DNA from: Octopus bimaculoides | Taxonomy: Eukaryota | Assembly: GCF_001194135.2 (NCBI RefSeq) | Contig: NC_069000.1 | Coordinates: 21,506,931-21,570,930, forward strand | Length of the DNA: 64,000 nt | Reading direction: 5' to 3' | In this document: piece after piece, positions 36,642 to 49,494 of the stretch | Numbering within the stretch: the first letter of the stretch is position 1 | Layout: every line of letters begins with the position of its first letter | Translations under genes and position numbers: made by a program | The notes under the pieces: model-generated | The model's input: only the letters and a program-made list of their open reading frames with translations | The model's database searches: none | Told to the model about the DNA's origin: nothing

Positions 36642-38236
36642 GTAAGTGGTGACATGCAGTGTTTTATCCATTTTCAATTTTTTGTTTGTTTCATCATCAT
36701 CATCATTTAACGTCTGTTTTCCATTCTGGCATGGGTTGACACTGGTGCTTTTATGTGTTACAGGCAAGGGTGCTTTTTATGTGGCACCAGCACCCACAAG
36801 CCCACAAGGTTAGGATCACTTAGCTAAAGAAGGATGCAGGAGACATCCCTGTATGCAAGGACAACCATAATTTTACTTAACTTGATGTTAAATTCAAATT
36901 ACGACAAACGTAAATAAACAAACGAAGTTTGCTTTTAGAAGCGTTGAGATGTCTTAGAAAGTTAAAGAAGTGATTTTTAAATTCTGAATCGCAGAATAAT
37001 GCTAATAATATAGCCTGAACAGGATAAACTACCCCTATTTTGCAGAGAAAAGTGTAGGTGGCTAGCTGTGGACTTGATGTATCTTCTCAAGCACAGCAAA
37101 TTGCCAGAAGTCTTGGTCTCTTGTCATCCTCTCTGTGAGGCCTACCATCTGAAGATCTTTTCTCACTATGTCCAGCCTCTGTTAATTAAAATGTCAAAAT
37201 TGATAAGGTAGTTGACTACCTACTCATAGGTTGTTAATTCAAATCTGTTGCAAAAATTTTTGTTGAATTTATTGATAGACCACAGTATTCTATAATCTTA
37301 TTAATTTGTGAAGGCACATGGCTGAGTGGTTAGAGTGTTGGGCTGACAATCATGAATTAGTGAGTTTGGTTCAAGGACCAGGCTGTGTGTTGTGTTTTTG
37401 AACAAGACACTATTTTTTTCATGATGCTCCAGTATACTCAACTGAGGAAATAAGTTGTGATGTCACTTGTGCCAAGCTGTATTGGACTTTGCCTTTCCTT
37501 TGGACAACATTGGTGTCGTGGAGAGGGGAGACTGGTATGCATGGGTGACTGCTGGTCTTTTACAAACAACCTTGTCTGGACTTGTGCCTCAGAGGGGAAT
37601 TTTCTACATGCAAACCTATGGTCATTCATGACCATAGAGTTGTTAGTGAATATATACCAGTATATCAGACTTTCTTAGAGAAAACTTAATAGGGCTGTGA
37701 CTACCATTGAGATAGGAAAACTGACTAAAATATGAAATGCAAAGTTGATCTTAGTAGAATTTGAACTCAGAATGTGAAGACAAGTGAAATGCTGCTAAGC
37801 ATTTTGTCTGGCATGCTAACAGTTCTGCCAGCTCATCGCCTTGATGATGATGGTTGTGGTGGTAGTAGTAGTAGTAGTAACTGTATATGTACATGTGTGT
37901 GTGTGTATATATATTTATATATATATATATATTTGAAAAAAATGAATAGAAATGGTTTTTCTGATAATTTTTCCACTAATAACTAGATGTTTATAAGTTA
38001 ATAAAACTTTTCGTGACTATTTTGAAGGGGGTGATGTTAAAACTTAGGTAAATAAATTTTTTTTTTAAACATAACTTGTCTGAGAATTTTTGATTATCAC
38101 TTTGTATAGAATAACTTTTTCCATTAATTATAACAGTTTTTATATTAATTATAATTAATTATCCAACTTACCAATGTTTGGATGAATTATTTTTGTTTCT
38201 TTTTAATTATTTATATGATTCTTTTATATTAATTAG

Positions 38237-38473
38237 GAAGCTTTTGACTATATTGGATCAAGCCGCATGGTCTATGATATGGAAGTAGGCAGTTTCCCAA
38301 CGTCATTTCGCAAAACTGGTGGCTTAAGTTATTCTCGGGCTTTGCAAAAGATTGGTTTGAATCATCTGTCTCACTTTTTGGAAGTGAACCAGCTAGGCTA
38401 CAGAGAAAACGAGGCAGAAAATGTCTGGCTACACACAGACCCAATTAGTTACAATTCAAATATTTCCACTGAG
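38237..38473 (+). CDS. NCSTN: Nicastrin exon 8 (DYIGS motif)
   Basis: aattag| EAFDYIGSSRMVYDMEVGSFPTSFRKTGGLSYSRALQKIGLNHLSHFLEVNQLGYRENEAENVWLHTDPISYNSNISTE |gtaaaa; diagnostic E-x-FDYIGSSRMVYDM and WxHTDP; 237 nt, phase 0-0. Confidence 0.98.
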
Positions 38474-38589
38474 GTAAAATAGCTTTTTCTTCGTTTTTTT
38501 CCTTCATATTGTAACTTAAGTCTTTGATTGATGAAATTATATTTTTGTTATTAATTTCTTAGGCTGGAATAAGACCACATATTTTAGGG

Positions 38590-38857
38590 CAGAGGCTCCC
38601 AAAATAGGTGGTACTGCCCTCTCCTTGGGGCAGCAAAAAGCGGGTGGCACATTGAAAAATGTGGGGCAACAATGGGGTGGCTGAAATGGGGCAATGGGTG
38701 TAAAAACAACAAAGTAATGGGTTAATCAGTTTAAGTTTTATTTGTGAAATATAGTGGTTTTGAATTTGTTTCGGAAAGTGGTCAATGTAGGAGGGGCGCT
38801 AGGAATGTAGCTTAGGTGCCAAGGGGGTGGCAGCCCGAAACAGTTTGGGAACCACTG
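38590..38857. mobile_element. hAT-type MITE
   Basis: TIRs CAGAGGCTCCCAAA / TTTGGGAACCACTG; 8-bp TSD TTTTAGGG / TTTTAGAA. Confidence 0.78.
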
Positions 38858-38909
38858 TTTTAGAAGAGTATAGTCTATTTATATTGACCCATGATATGTG
38901 TTTTTGTGT

Positions 38910-39288
38910 TGGCACTCCGTCGCTTACCACGTCAAGGGTTCCAGTTGATCCAATCAACGGAATAGCCTGCTCGTGAAATTAACGTGCAAGTGGCTGAACA
39001 CGCCACAGACACATGTACCCTTAACGTAGTTCTCTGGGATAGTCAGTGTGACACAGTGTGACAAGGCTGACCCTTTGAATTACAGGCACAACAGAAACAG
39101 GAAATAAGAGTGAGAGAAAGTTGTGGTGAAAGAGTACAGCAGGGTTCGCCACCATCCCCTGCTGGAGCCTCATGAAGCTTTAGGTGTTTTTGCTCAATAA
39201 ACACTCACAACGCCCGGTCTGGGAATTGAAACCGCGATCCTATAACCACGAGTCCGCTGCCCTAACCACTGGGCCATTGTGCCTCCAC
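38910..39288 (-). mobile_element. Full-length tRNA-derived SINE (inverted relative to 45952-46340)
   Basis: Reverse complement aligns end to end with 45952-46340, with roughly 90% identity by eye. Confidence 0.92.
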
Positions 39289-40222
39289 TTTATATATAAT
39301 GATATAACTCATACTTATTTGACTCCAAAAGAACAAAAGATAGTCAACCCCTGCAAAATTTGGATGAAACAGTTTCGTTCAGTATCTACAGATTTGGCCA
39401 TCCGTTGCCGTTTTTCTTAATATTATCAAATCAAAATTTACCATTTATTCCCTGTTGGTCATAGAACATGACATTTATGGGGTTATCTTTTTTTTTCCCC
39501 TATCTTTTAGTTTTGATTGAGCTGTTTCTTATTGATTTTCAGGTACCCCTTTTCTACATATATCTTGGATTGCACAACACACGTGTCTCTCCTCTTACCA
39601 GCCATGCTACTATACTTGCCCCTCACTCTCTTCCACACTAACTACTTTGCCCAAACCCTAGGGTATCAATCCTGTAGCATTCCCTTCCTACCCACATTTT
39701 CCCTCTTAGACTGACTAAAATATGTTCAGGATAAACATCAGCTGCATTGATTTCACTAGTTTGATATGGCCTGTGAATGTTGTGACCACTACCCACATTC
39801 ACCCATTCTCTTTTCTAACTGAATGAAAAGAAACAAAAAAATGTACATGCACTAGTATTGGTTTCAAATTTTAGCACAAGGCCAGCAATTTAGGGGAAGG
39901 TCTAAGTCATTTACATCGACCCAAGTGCTCAACGGGTACTTATTTTATGAACCTTGAAAGCAAAGTCAACCTTGGTAGAATTTGAACTCAGAACATGAGG
40001 ACATGAAATATTGCTAAGCATTTTGCCTGGCGTGCTAACAATTTTGCCAGCTCACCACCTTTACATGCACTAGTATTAAGGTACATTTACATACATCAAA
40101 TTGCTATACCTTTGGATTTATATGCTCTCAAATATCAATTGTATGATACTTCATTTGTATGTATGTATGTAATGAAAATGCACTTACACATGTGCACACT
40201 ATAATCTCTGTTTCTATTTCAG

Positions 40223-40392
40223 ATTGACGGTCTGGTGAAAAGGATAAAAAAAATTGGAGAACAGCTGAATGTTACCATAATGGAACCAGATACTTCTCGT
40301 CCTTTGCCTCCGTCTTCTGCTCAACGTTTCCTGCGGGAAACTGCACTACCAACTGTTATGCTCACTAACCACGAAAAAGAGTACACAAACAT
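40223..40392 (+). CDS. NCSTN: Nicastrin exon 9
   Basis: tttcag| IDGLVKRIKKIGEQLNVTIMEPDTSRPLPPSSAQRFLRETALPTVMLTNHEKEYTN(I) |gtaagt; PLPPSSxQRFLR motif; 170 nt, phase 0-2. Confidence 0.97.
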
Positions 40393-41384
40393 GTAAGTCT
40401 TCCTCGAAAGATACACAAGTCTCTACAATGTCACAATTTATTTTATAGTTTTGTCTTCATACCATCTTTTGTTATTTTTCTGGTTTTGGTCTTTGGACTT
40501 CAGCCATGCTGGGGCAGAGTTTTCAAGAATCTTAAACAATTATATTAACCTGAGTATTTTATTGATTTTATAAGGGACAGTGGTAAAGTCCAACAGGACA
40601 TCTATAACAATTTATTTTTTTGACCTTGCATCTCTTATTGTATTGAATTGTATGAGGTCAGTTGCATAAAGAAGTCCTACCACTTAAAGTGGAGGGATGT
40701 TGCAGAAGAGAGAGACCCAGGAAGACAGGGAATGAAGTATTGAAGACTGATCTCAAAATGCTGAACCTTATGCAGATGACTGAGGATTGAGATATGTGGC
40801 ATATTGCTGTACTTGAGAAGAACTACTCACCACAACAGAATTGCGATCCAAAAAGCACTGGTGTTGGTGCCATATAAAAAGCACCCAGTGCACTCTGTGG
40901 AATGGTTGATGTTAGGAAGGGCATCAAATTGTAGAAATCAAGCCAAAACAGACTTGGAATATGGTGTGGCCCCTGGCCTTGCCAGTTCCTGTCAAGCCAT
41001 CCAACCCATGCCAGCATGGAAAATGGATGTTAAATGTTGATGATGATGTATGTAGTAAATAACACTTTCAACATTTATTCATATATATGTTTGTTTATCA
41101 GTAATTGATGAAAACCAATGATTTTGGTCTTCATCATGGTTCATTGGATATTATGTATCTGTTATTGGCTAATTAGACTGACCCAGCATAGAAATAATCG
41201 TCTCAACTATAAGCAGAAGGCTTGAAAATTTGTGGGGAGAGGCATAGTTGATTACATTGACCCCCACCTTAAAAGGATGAAAGGCTAAGTCAACCCTGGC
41301 AGAATTTAAATTCACTACATAAAGCTGTAAGAAATGCTGCGAAGCATTTTGTCCAGTATGCTAACAATTCTGTCAGCTTGCTGC

Positions 41385-41418
<34 letters not shown>

Positions 41419-41506
41419 GTAATAATAATAATAATAGTAATAATAATAATAACAATAACAATAACAACAACAATAACAATAACAATAACAACAACAACAA
41501 CAACAA
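41385..41506. repeat. Compound (AAT)n/(AAC)n microsatellite between two SINE copies
   Basis: Directly visible; explains the poly-N and poly-L ORFs in the track. Confidence 0.98.
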
Positions 41507-42109
41507 TTTCAAATTTCAAATTTATGCACAAGGCCAGCAATTTGGGGGGAGGTTGTAAGTTGATCACATTGGCCAGTGTTGAACTGGTACTTTTAATGAC
41601 CCCGAAAGGATGAAAAGCAAAGTCAGCCTCAGTGGAATTTGAGCTCAGAATGTTTGTATTGATAGGGGTTTCACCTATTGGGGCTCTTCTGTGTCTGTGC
41701 TGTGTAAGTGATTCAGCTGTTGGTGTATTTGTTATAGACAGTTCTTAATTTGCTGGCATAGGCACAAGCATGGCTGTGTGGTAAGAAGCTTGTTTCCCAA
41801 CCACATGGTTCTAGGTTCAGTCCCACTGTGTAGCATCTTGGGCAAGTGTCCTCTACTATAGTCTTGGACTAACCAAAGCCTTGAAACTGAAAGAAGCATT
41901 ATCTCGTGTGTGTGTCCTCTCCACTACAGTTTGACAACTGGTGTTGGTTTGTAACTTAGAGACTTGGCAAAGTAAAACTGATCAAATAAGTACTAGCCTT
42001 TAAAGATAAAAGTACTGTTGGGGTTGTTTCATTCGACTAAAAAGTTCTCCAAGGTGGTGCTCCAGCATGGCTACAGTCTAATGATTGAAACAGATAAAGG
42101 GTAGTGGAG

Positions 42110-42560
42110 CACCATGAGCATGGCTGCTTAGTGGATTAGTGTAAACCTCCACCTTGAAAAGTCTTCCGAAAGCTGAGGTTGCCTAGGTTGTTCTTGAACT
42201 GGCTCCCAGACATAAATTTCTGTAGCTCTTTCCACTTTTGTGTGTGTGATTGTCCAGTTTGATGTTGGTTTCAATTCAAGGCAGTCAAGAGATGACATAA
42301 TCCTTTATTGTTAGTGGCCAGTTGAGGACTTCATTGATGCATTCAGCTCTTCTATCATGTGTTCTTACCATGAATAAGAAGTATTGATCTATCAGCACTT
42401 AGAAAAGGTAGAGTTCTTGAGGACGGAGGACAATATATAGCTTTTAATGTATCATAGAACCTCTTCCAGTCATGCTTTTCAGCATAATACTGCATCTTTT
42501 CTGGGGGGTTTTTTTGTTTTTCTTTGTCTCTTTGTATGAGCCTTAAATGTTTTTGTATAT
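42110..42560 (-). mobile_element. RTE-BovB-like LINE fragment (EN-RT linker)
   Basis: MQYYAEKHDWKRFYDTLKAIYCPPSSRTLPFLSADRSILL resembles the BovB-type KRFYDALKAVYGP..SG.SPLLSADG.TLL linker. Confidence 0.75.
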
Positions 42561-43872
42561 TTTGTGATCTCTCTATGATTGAGGTGCAGGTGTAGCAAGA
42601 GGTTTGCTTCCCAACCATATGGTTCTGCGTTCAGTCCTATTGCATAACATCTTGGGAATGTCTTCTTTAGCCCTAGGCTGACCAAAGCCTTGTGTGTGGA
42701 CTTCGTAGACAGAAACTGAAAGATGCAGTATCTCGTGTGTGTGCCAATGTCTATCCTTATCTTGACTTTGTTTGATAGTTGGAAAATGATTGTCACTCAT
42801 ACAGGCAGTGTCATTCATTCCTGTTTCCTCATTGTTGAACTCAGGAATTCAGGTCTATCAGACTTGCCTATTCTTCCTCAACTGTTACTTCACTAAACTG
42901 TAAGTTGGATAACAGTTTTAGTTGAGTGAATTGACTCCAATACTTAATTTTTGTTAAGCTTGGTACTTATTCTATTGGTCTCTTTTGCCAAACCTCTAAG
43001 TGATGGAGATGTAAACACACCAACACCAGTCAAGTGGTAGTTGGGGAGAAACACACACACATATATATATATGTATGATGGGCTTCTTTCAGTTTCCATC
43101 TACCAGATCAGCCCACAAAGCTTTGGTCGGCCTGAGGCTAGAGCAGAAGACACTTGCCGAAGGTGCCGCACACTGGGATTGAACCCAGAGCCATGTGGTT
43201 GGGAAGCAAGCTTCTTACCTCACAGCCACACCTGTGCCTATTATTTATATTTGATTTGTATCTTCATTTCTTTGGGTGATACATTTTCATCTGTTGGGAC
43301 TGCTATTTTAATTCAGAGGCTTTTCTTGTCCTTGACAACAATGCCTGACAGATTAGACTTAATCCTTCTATTTCTTTGGATTGGTCACTTGATATTTTTC
43401 TGAGCTTTTCTCTAGCGTATATTTACGTTACCCTGTTTCTTGTTGGTGCGTCACAACTGGCATAATTTCCTGTGCCAGGTGATGAGAGGCTAAAATGTGA
43501 CAAAGAGACAGAAACGGGTGTGTTGCTGTAGAGGAGATACAGGGTTACCCAGTCAAAGAGAGAGAGAGAGAGAGTGAAGAATCAAGAATGGAAGAGAGAG
43601 TGAGAGGGTGAGAGTGCAAAAGATGTGTTATACAAAGGCTGATGAGGATTGTCAGTATGTTCTTTATAATGCTTATTCTCTTCTCTCAATAATCAAACCA
43701 TTCCACTTTTGTTAGTCTCCAAGCACCATTTTTCACTCAAATTGAGAACATCAACAACTCACTTTTGCATCTTTGCTTTACCTGGAATATAACACAGATG
43801 AAACAGAAGACTCAGTCTTCACCATCATAAAATTTTAATTTTATTTTATTCTTTTTTGTTTTCTATTTTTAG

Positions 43873-44062
43873 ATATTACAACAGTATGTTTGATCTTGGA
43901 GAACTAATTGGTGTGGATTATATTCCGGGTGGTGATATAGAGAACCTTACACTTTCAAAACAAGTCCTCCTCTTGACTAACATATCTACAGTTTTGGCAC
44001 AGACACTCTTTGAATTAGGTACTGGTCAAAATGGATCTCATATAAAAGCAAACAGTTCTATA
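43873..44062 (+). CDS. NCSTN: Nicastrin exon 10
   Basis: ttttag| YYNSMFDLGELIGVDYIPGGDIENLTLSKQVLLLTNISTVLAQTLFELGTGQNGSHIKANSSI |gtaagt; YYxSxxD motif; 190 nt, phase 2-0. Confidence 0.96.
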
Positions 44063-45619
44063 GTAAGTTATTTGAAATATCACAATTTTTTAGGTGTGTT
44101 TTTTTTTTAAGGTGGATGGCAGGTACATAGACTTTTTATGAGTAACCTGGGTTTATCAAAGTTTGGCTTATCATGCAAGCAGGACTAAAGTGGATTGATT
44201 GATTGATTGATTGACTTTTACTGTTCAGGGACTTTGGTTAATGAGTAAATATACTCACATTGTTCTCATTGTATCAGATCTAAAAGAGGGTGCTGAAAAG
44301 TTACTGGCATTAAGAGTATTGCAAAAGACCTGGTTGGAAGCCCAATCTTCCCAGTTCCTTTACAGGGCTTAGAAAAACTGAAAGACTGCTGCAATTAAGA
44401 GTGTGAGTCTGAGAGGGGAATATATTGAATAAAATCATAATTAACTGATCTTCCTGTATTTCCTTTTACCCAGAGCCAGGAATATCTCAGCACCTCCTCG
44501 TACATTATCTTGGAAAGATATTCAAGGGTAACTTGTTGTATTATCTGAGCTCCCACATTAGGAGATTTGAGTTAAATGTTTCAAGGTAATGAAATGGTTA
44601 TAATATATCTGGTGGTTTTGTTTAGATTGGTGACTTGTATTTCTCAATGACATCTGTTTTCAGCTAGGTGAACTGGGCTTTTGAGAGCTGGATATCATTT
44701 GTGAGAGAATATTGCAGCACTGGTGATTGAGTATAAAATTAATCTCCTAACTGCCAGTTGGGTAACACCCTGTTGATGCAACCATAACATTCTTTTACAT
44801 CTCACTCTGTCACATTAGAAATAGCAGCCAAATTCACTGTTGAATTGCACTTTACTATCTTTAAAAAAGTTCATATTGAATGATAATGTAGTCCTAGATA
44901 TTCTGGTTGAATAAAGAACTGGATGACTATAGTAGAAAAGCTTATTACTGGATGGTCTCAATGAGAATGCCTCTGATCATGTCTACTTGGTCAGGTTGGC
45001 ATGGCACTAAACAACATTTCATTTGCAGTAATAAGGTGAAAGAGAGAAAATAAGAAGTTATTGATGTCTAGAGGATAAAACAGTTTTTGACTCTACCTCT
45101 ATTTTCAGGAGACTCACTTTTAGCAAATAGAAATAGAAAAGAATTGATGGATAGTAAAATTCTGTTGGTTAGGCAGATCTGCAAATATAAGCAATTCTTG
45201 GAGATAGCTTTTCTTAAAAGCATTTATAGAGGTAAATTTTTACTGCTGTTGTTTAGCAGACCTATGAGCAAGGTATTCCAGTTGTGTTTATCTTGTCTTT
45301 TTCCTTGAGTATTTAAGACTACAGTATTCAATGTGTCCTCTCTGTTTTTATGACAGTATGATGTATTATCTGAAGGATACTAGTTGCTATTTCTAGCAGA
45401 TCAAGTGACTCTCTTATTTACTTGCAAGACTTAATTCTTTTCTGATTTGGTAGATGCAATGTACTTTGCCTAAAAAGGACTGAACCCAAAGTGATAGCAA
45501 GATTGCTCCTTATATATATCCAAGGGGCCAGTAGTGTTAAACCTTCATTATTTTAATGTTATATATCTTTGTCAATGGAAGATGAGTTATATAATTTCAA
45601 TGTCCTTTGTTTGTGACAG

Positions 45620-45707
45620 GTTGCTGAATTATTGTATTGTTACATCTGGAACAGTAGCTGCTCTATATTCCACTCAGTCATAACAAGTGATCATGTCAAA
45701 AGTTTTG
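45620..45707 (+). CDS. NCSTN: Nicastrin exon 11
   Basis: tgacag| VAELLYCYIWNSSCSIFHSVITSDHVKSF(E) |gtaagt; 88 nt, phase 0-1. Confidence 0.93.
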
Positions 45708-45951
45708 GTAAGTATCTTGTAAAATTTGTATTTCTGTATCCCCTCCTTCCTGCTCTCTGCTGTAAGACCCTGCCCCCAAAACACTAGTCCTTACTTCAAG
45801 TAAGAGCACAACATTAGATCCTCCTCCTCCTCCTCCTCCCCACTTCCTATGCCATCCTCCCACCTTCCTTCCATCCTCTCCCCTCTTCCTTATTGATATC
45901 ATCGTCATCATCATCATAATATGTCTTTTATGTCCATATTACTATGTTAAT

Positions 45952-46340
45952 GTGGAGGCGCAATGGCCCAGTGGTTAGGGCAGCGGACTCGCGGTCATAG
46001 GATCGCGGTTTCGATTCCCAGACCGGGCGTTGTGAGTGTTTATTGAGCAAAAACACCTAAAGCTCCACGAGGCTCCGGCAGGGGATGGTGGCGAACCCTG
46101 CTGTACTCTTCCACCACAACTTTCTCTCACTCTTTCTTCCTGTTTCTGTTGTGCCTGTAATTCAAAGGGCCAGCCTTGTCACACTCTGTGTTACGCTGAA
46201 TATCCCCGAGAACTACGTTAAGGGTACACGTGTCTGTGGAGTGCTCAGCCACTTGCACGTTAATTTCACGAGCAGGCTGTTCCGTTGATCGGATCAACTG
46301 GAACCCTCGATGTCGTAAGCGACGGAGTACCAACAACAAC
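45952..46340 (+). mobile_element. Young full-length tRNA-derived SINE
   Basis: A-box TGGCCCAGTGG, B-box GGTTTCGATTCCC, CpGs retained, (CAA)n tail. Confidence 0.93.
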
Positions 46341-47360
46341 CATGCTAATATGAGTTGGATGGGTCTTCTCCAGTTCAGTGTTTCGCTCCATGTTGCATCC
46401 CCTTGTTACCTCTTCCATGAAATTTAGCAACCCGAGGTCAATCTTCACCATTTCTTTGCTCATCTGTTCTGCAAGAAGGTTTCTTTCCGCTTGGATTTCT
46501 TGATCCTTCTTCACCCAGCTGTCAGCCTTAGTGTACATCTCATGTCTGTTCTCTATCAGCACTGATACAGAACAGAACATTGTTTCAGTTTCCGATCTGC
46601 TTCTTGCTGATCCAGACAATCATTGGTCTATCATTTATAGTAATCAGCCTTGTGGTAAAAAGCTTGCTTCCCAACTACATGGTTTCAAGTTCAGTCCTAC
46701 TGCCTGGCACCTTGGGCAAGTGTTTTTTTTTTTTTTGCTATAACACTGGACCAACCAAAACTTTGTGCATGGATTTAGTAGACAGAAACTGAAAGATGTT
46801 TGTTGTTTTATATGTGTGTGTGTTACTGTTTCCTTGACTGTGTGTGATAGATGTAAAAAAAGTGTTACCATCATGCTAGGAGTGTCCTTTGTTTATAATC
46901 TATGAAAATATGTTTGCTCAAGGGGAAATATTACCTTAATTGGAAACCGGTTTGTGACAGGATGGGCATCCTGCCATAGAAAGCCTGCCTCAACAAATTC
47001 CATATGACTGATGCAAGAATGGAACAGTGAACATTTAAATGATGATGATGATGATGATGTCCCTTGAAAATTTGTTTATGGGTGATTATAAAGTGCTGGC
47101 CAAATTGATGAGGCTTTTTTTTAACATACAGCCTTCCAACTGAAAAGTCAGTTATTCATATCCTATCATTGTTCCCTTATGCCTGACAACAGCAACATCA
47201 TATAGATATAATTCACTGCTGTAATTAAAAATATTGTATAAGTGATGAGTGTTGTTGATTAGCTCTAGGTCACACTCTGATTGAATGTACCTATGATTAA
47301 ATGCAGTCCTTCCATGACCATCTTATCACTTATTTTCAAATATAATGCATCTAGAATTAA

Positions 47361-47580
47361 CCTATTAGCATTCAAATCACTCTGTCAAATGTGCTACTTA
47401 TTTATTCACATTGTTTTGAATTAATCATGTGTTATCTTGTAGCTTTGAGATTTCAATGATACAAGTGTTTATTTTTAGAATGACATTACAGGACAGGTGT
47501 GAGAAGCCAGATCTGGCCAGTTTGAACATAAAACAAATTGAACATTTGGGCTAGATACAGCCGATATAAATGCTAAAGGG
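47361..47580. mobile_element. piggyBac-type MITE (second copy 56453-56672; partial copies at about 3700-3850 and 21480-21690)
   Basis: TTAA|CCTATTAGCATT ... AATGCTAAAGGG|TTAA: short TIRs with TTAA TSD. Confidence 0.82.
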
Positions 47581-49462
47581 TTAAATCATCCAATGTGTCC
47601 TTTTTTTTTTAAGATCATAGTATGTGCTTTGATGGGGATTTTTATGCTGCTTCCTTCAAGGCAAATGACCAGGTTAGCTTGTCCTGTAGAAGGTAAAGGG
47701 AGATCATCGCAGTGTATTCTCACTTCAGTTATTACAACACGGCTAATGGTCTTAAGAGATCAGTTTCAAATTTGATAAACGAACTGTAATTAAAATAGAA
47801 AAATAAAATGAAGGAAATTATTAAACAGGAATAAAAGTAATTTTCTTCGCAGGTAAGAAAACAGGATTCAACTACTAGCTGGGAAGGGACTGTGCTCAAT
47901 GCCCAGAAAAGGAGTAGGAAGGAATTTCATTCTGTCTAGGGAATGTAAATTGTGCACAAAAGGTACATTAACAGACAAGCCAACAAAGAATATAATGGAT
48001 GCACATGAGTAGTTATTGTACGAACATCTTTGAAATGAATTCTTTCAAGTATCCTGCAGGCTCCTTAAAAGTACATGGCAGCTTCTATTACCTAGGTAGC
48101 CTAATCAGAAGTGGAGACGAGCATTCTGAAAACAAGTAGCTAGAATAATGGTTTATGAAGCATTTGTTTTTCAAATAGTTGATATACTTGAATATAGGCC
48201 TAGCTTTGGGAAAATATTACCTTGTTTGGGAAAAGGTGAGGTGGCAACAGGATAAGAATTTAGCCATAGAAAATCTGCCTCAACAAATTTTGTCTAACCC
48301 GTGGAAGCTTGGAAAAGTGGACGTAAAATGATGATGATAGTCCAAGGAAAATGGAAATTTTTTTATATATACATAGGTGCAGGTATGGCTGTGTGGTAAG
48401 AAGCTTTTTTCCCAACCTCATGTTTTGGGGTTCAGTACCACTGCTGGACACATCGGGCAAGTGTCTTCTACTATAGCCTTGGGTTGACCAAAGCCTTGTG
48501 GGTGGATTTGATAGATGGAAACTGAAAGAAATCCCTTGTATATATTTATCTATATGTGTGTGTCTGTGTTTGTCCCCCACCACTGTTTGACAACTGGTGC
48601 TGGTATGTTTACCTCTTTGTAACTTAGTGGTTTGGCAAAAGAGAGTGATAGAATAAGTACCAGGCTTTTTTTTGAAAAACCGTAAGTACTGGGGTTGATA
48701 TATTTGACTAAAAATTCTTCAAGGTAGTTCCCCAGTATGGCTGCGGTCTAATGACTGAAACATATAAAAGATAAAAGATTGGTTGTTGCTGAGTGCCAAG
48801 TTCTGTGATCAACAACATTCCATTCTTGCCCATCCTTTCTTTTCTTTTTTTTTTATCTGATATAGTTTAATCTAATACATTATCTAATGTGATTTCACTT
48901 TTAGTAAGATGATAGAATATAATTTGAGAGGTATTTGGCTGCTATTTCTACCAGATAGAGAATCTGTGTAGAGATTTGTTGGCATAGGTTAGATGAGAAA
49001 TATGGACAACTAGAACACTTATTTATTTTTCAAGGTATTTTTATGTTACTGATCTTCATAAGACATATTTGCTGAGCTACAGGATCATCATCATCATCCG
49101 TTTTCCATGCTGGCATGAGTTGGACGTTTTGACAGGAGCTAGCCAACTGGGGAGCTGTCCAGACTCAAAATTGTCTGTTGTGGCATGGTTTATATGGTTG
49201 GATGCCCTTCCTAACACCAATCACTTTACAGAGTATGTTGGGTGCTTTTATCATACCACTGGTATGGGTGCGTTTATGCAGCACTGGCATGACTGCATTT
49301 TATGTGGTACCAGCACTTGTAAAGGACAAGCTTGTATGTATGGATGCCAGTGATTTTACTTGGCTTGATATGACTTCTCAAGTACAGCAAATTACCATAA
49401 CTTCCGGTCCCTTGAAAACATCACTGTTTTGCTGAAACTGTGTCAGTATGAAGACATGCGGG

Positions 49463-49494
<32 letters not shown>

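Noticed and set aside
41315-41567. Poly-Leu, poly-Asn and poly-Ile/Val ORFs
   Set aside because: Translations of an (AAT)n/(AAC)n microsatellite.
45952-46030. tRNA gene (also similar heads at about 14820-14900, 37315-37390, 39210-39288)
   Set aside because: A and B boxes are present, but there is no acceptor-stem closure or Pol III terminator and the sequence continues into a shared SINE body.
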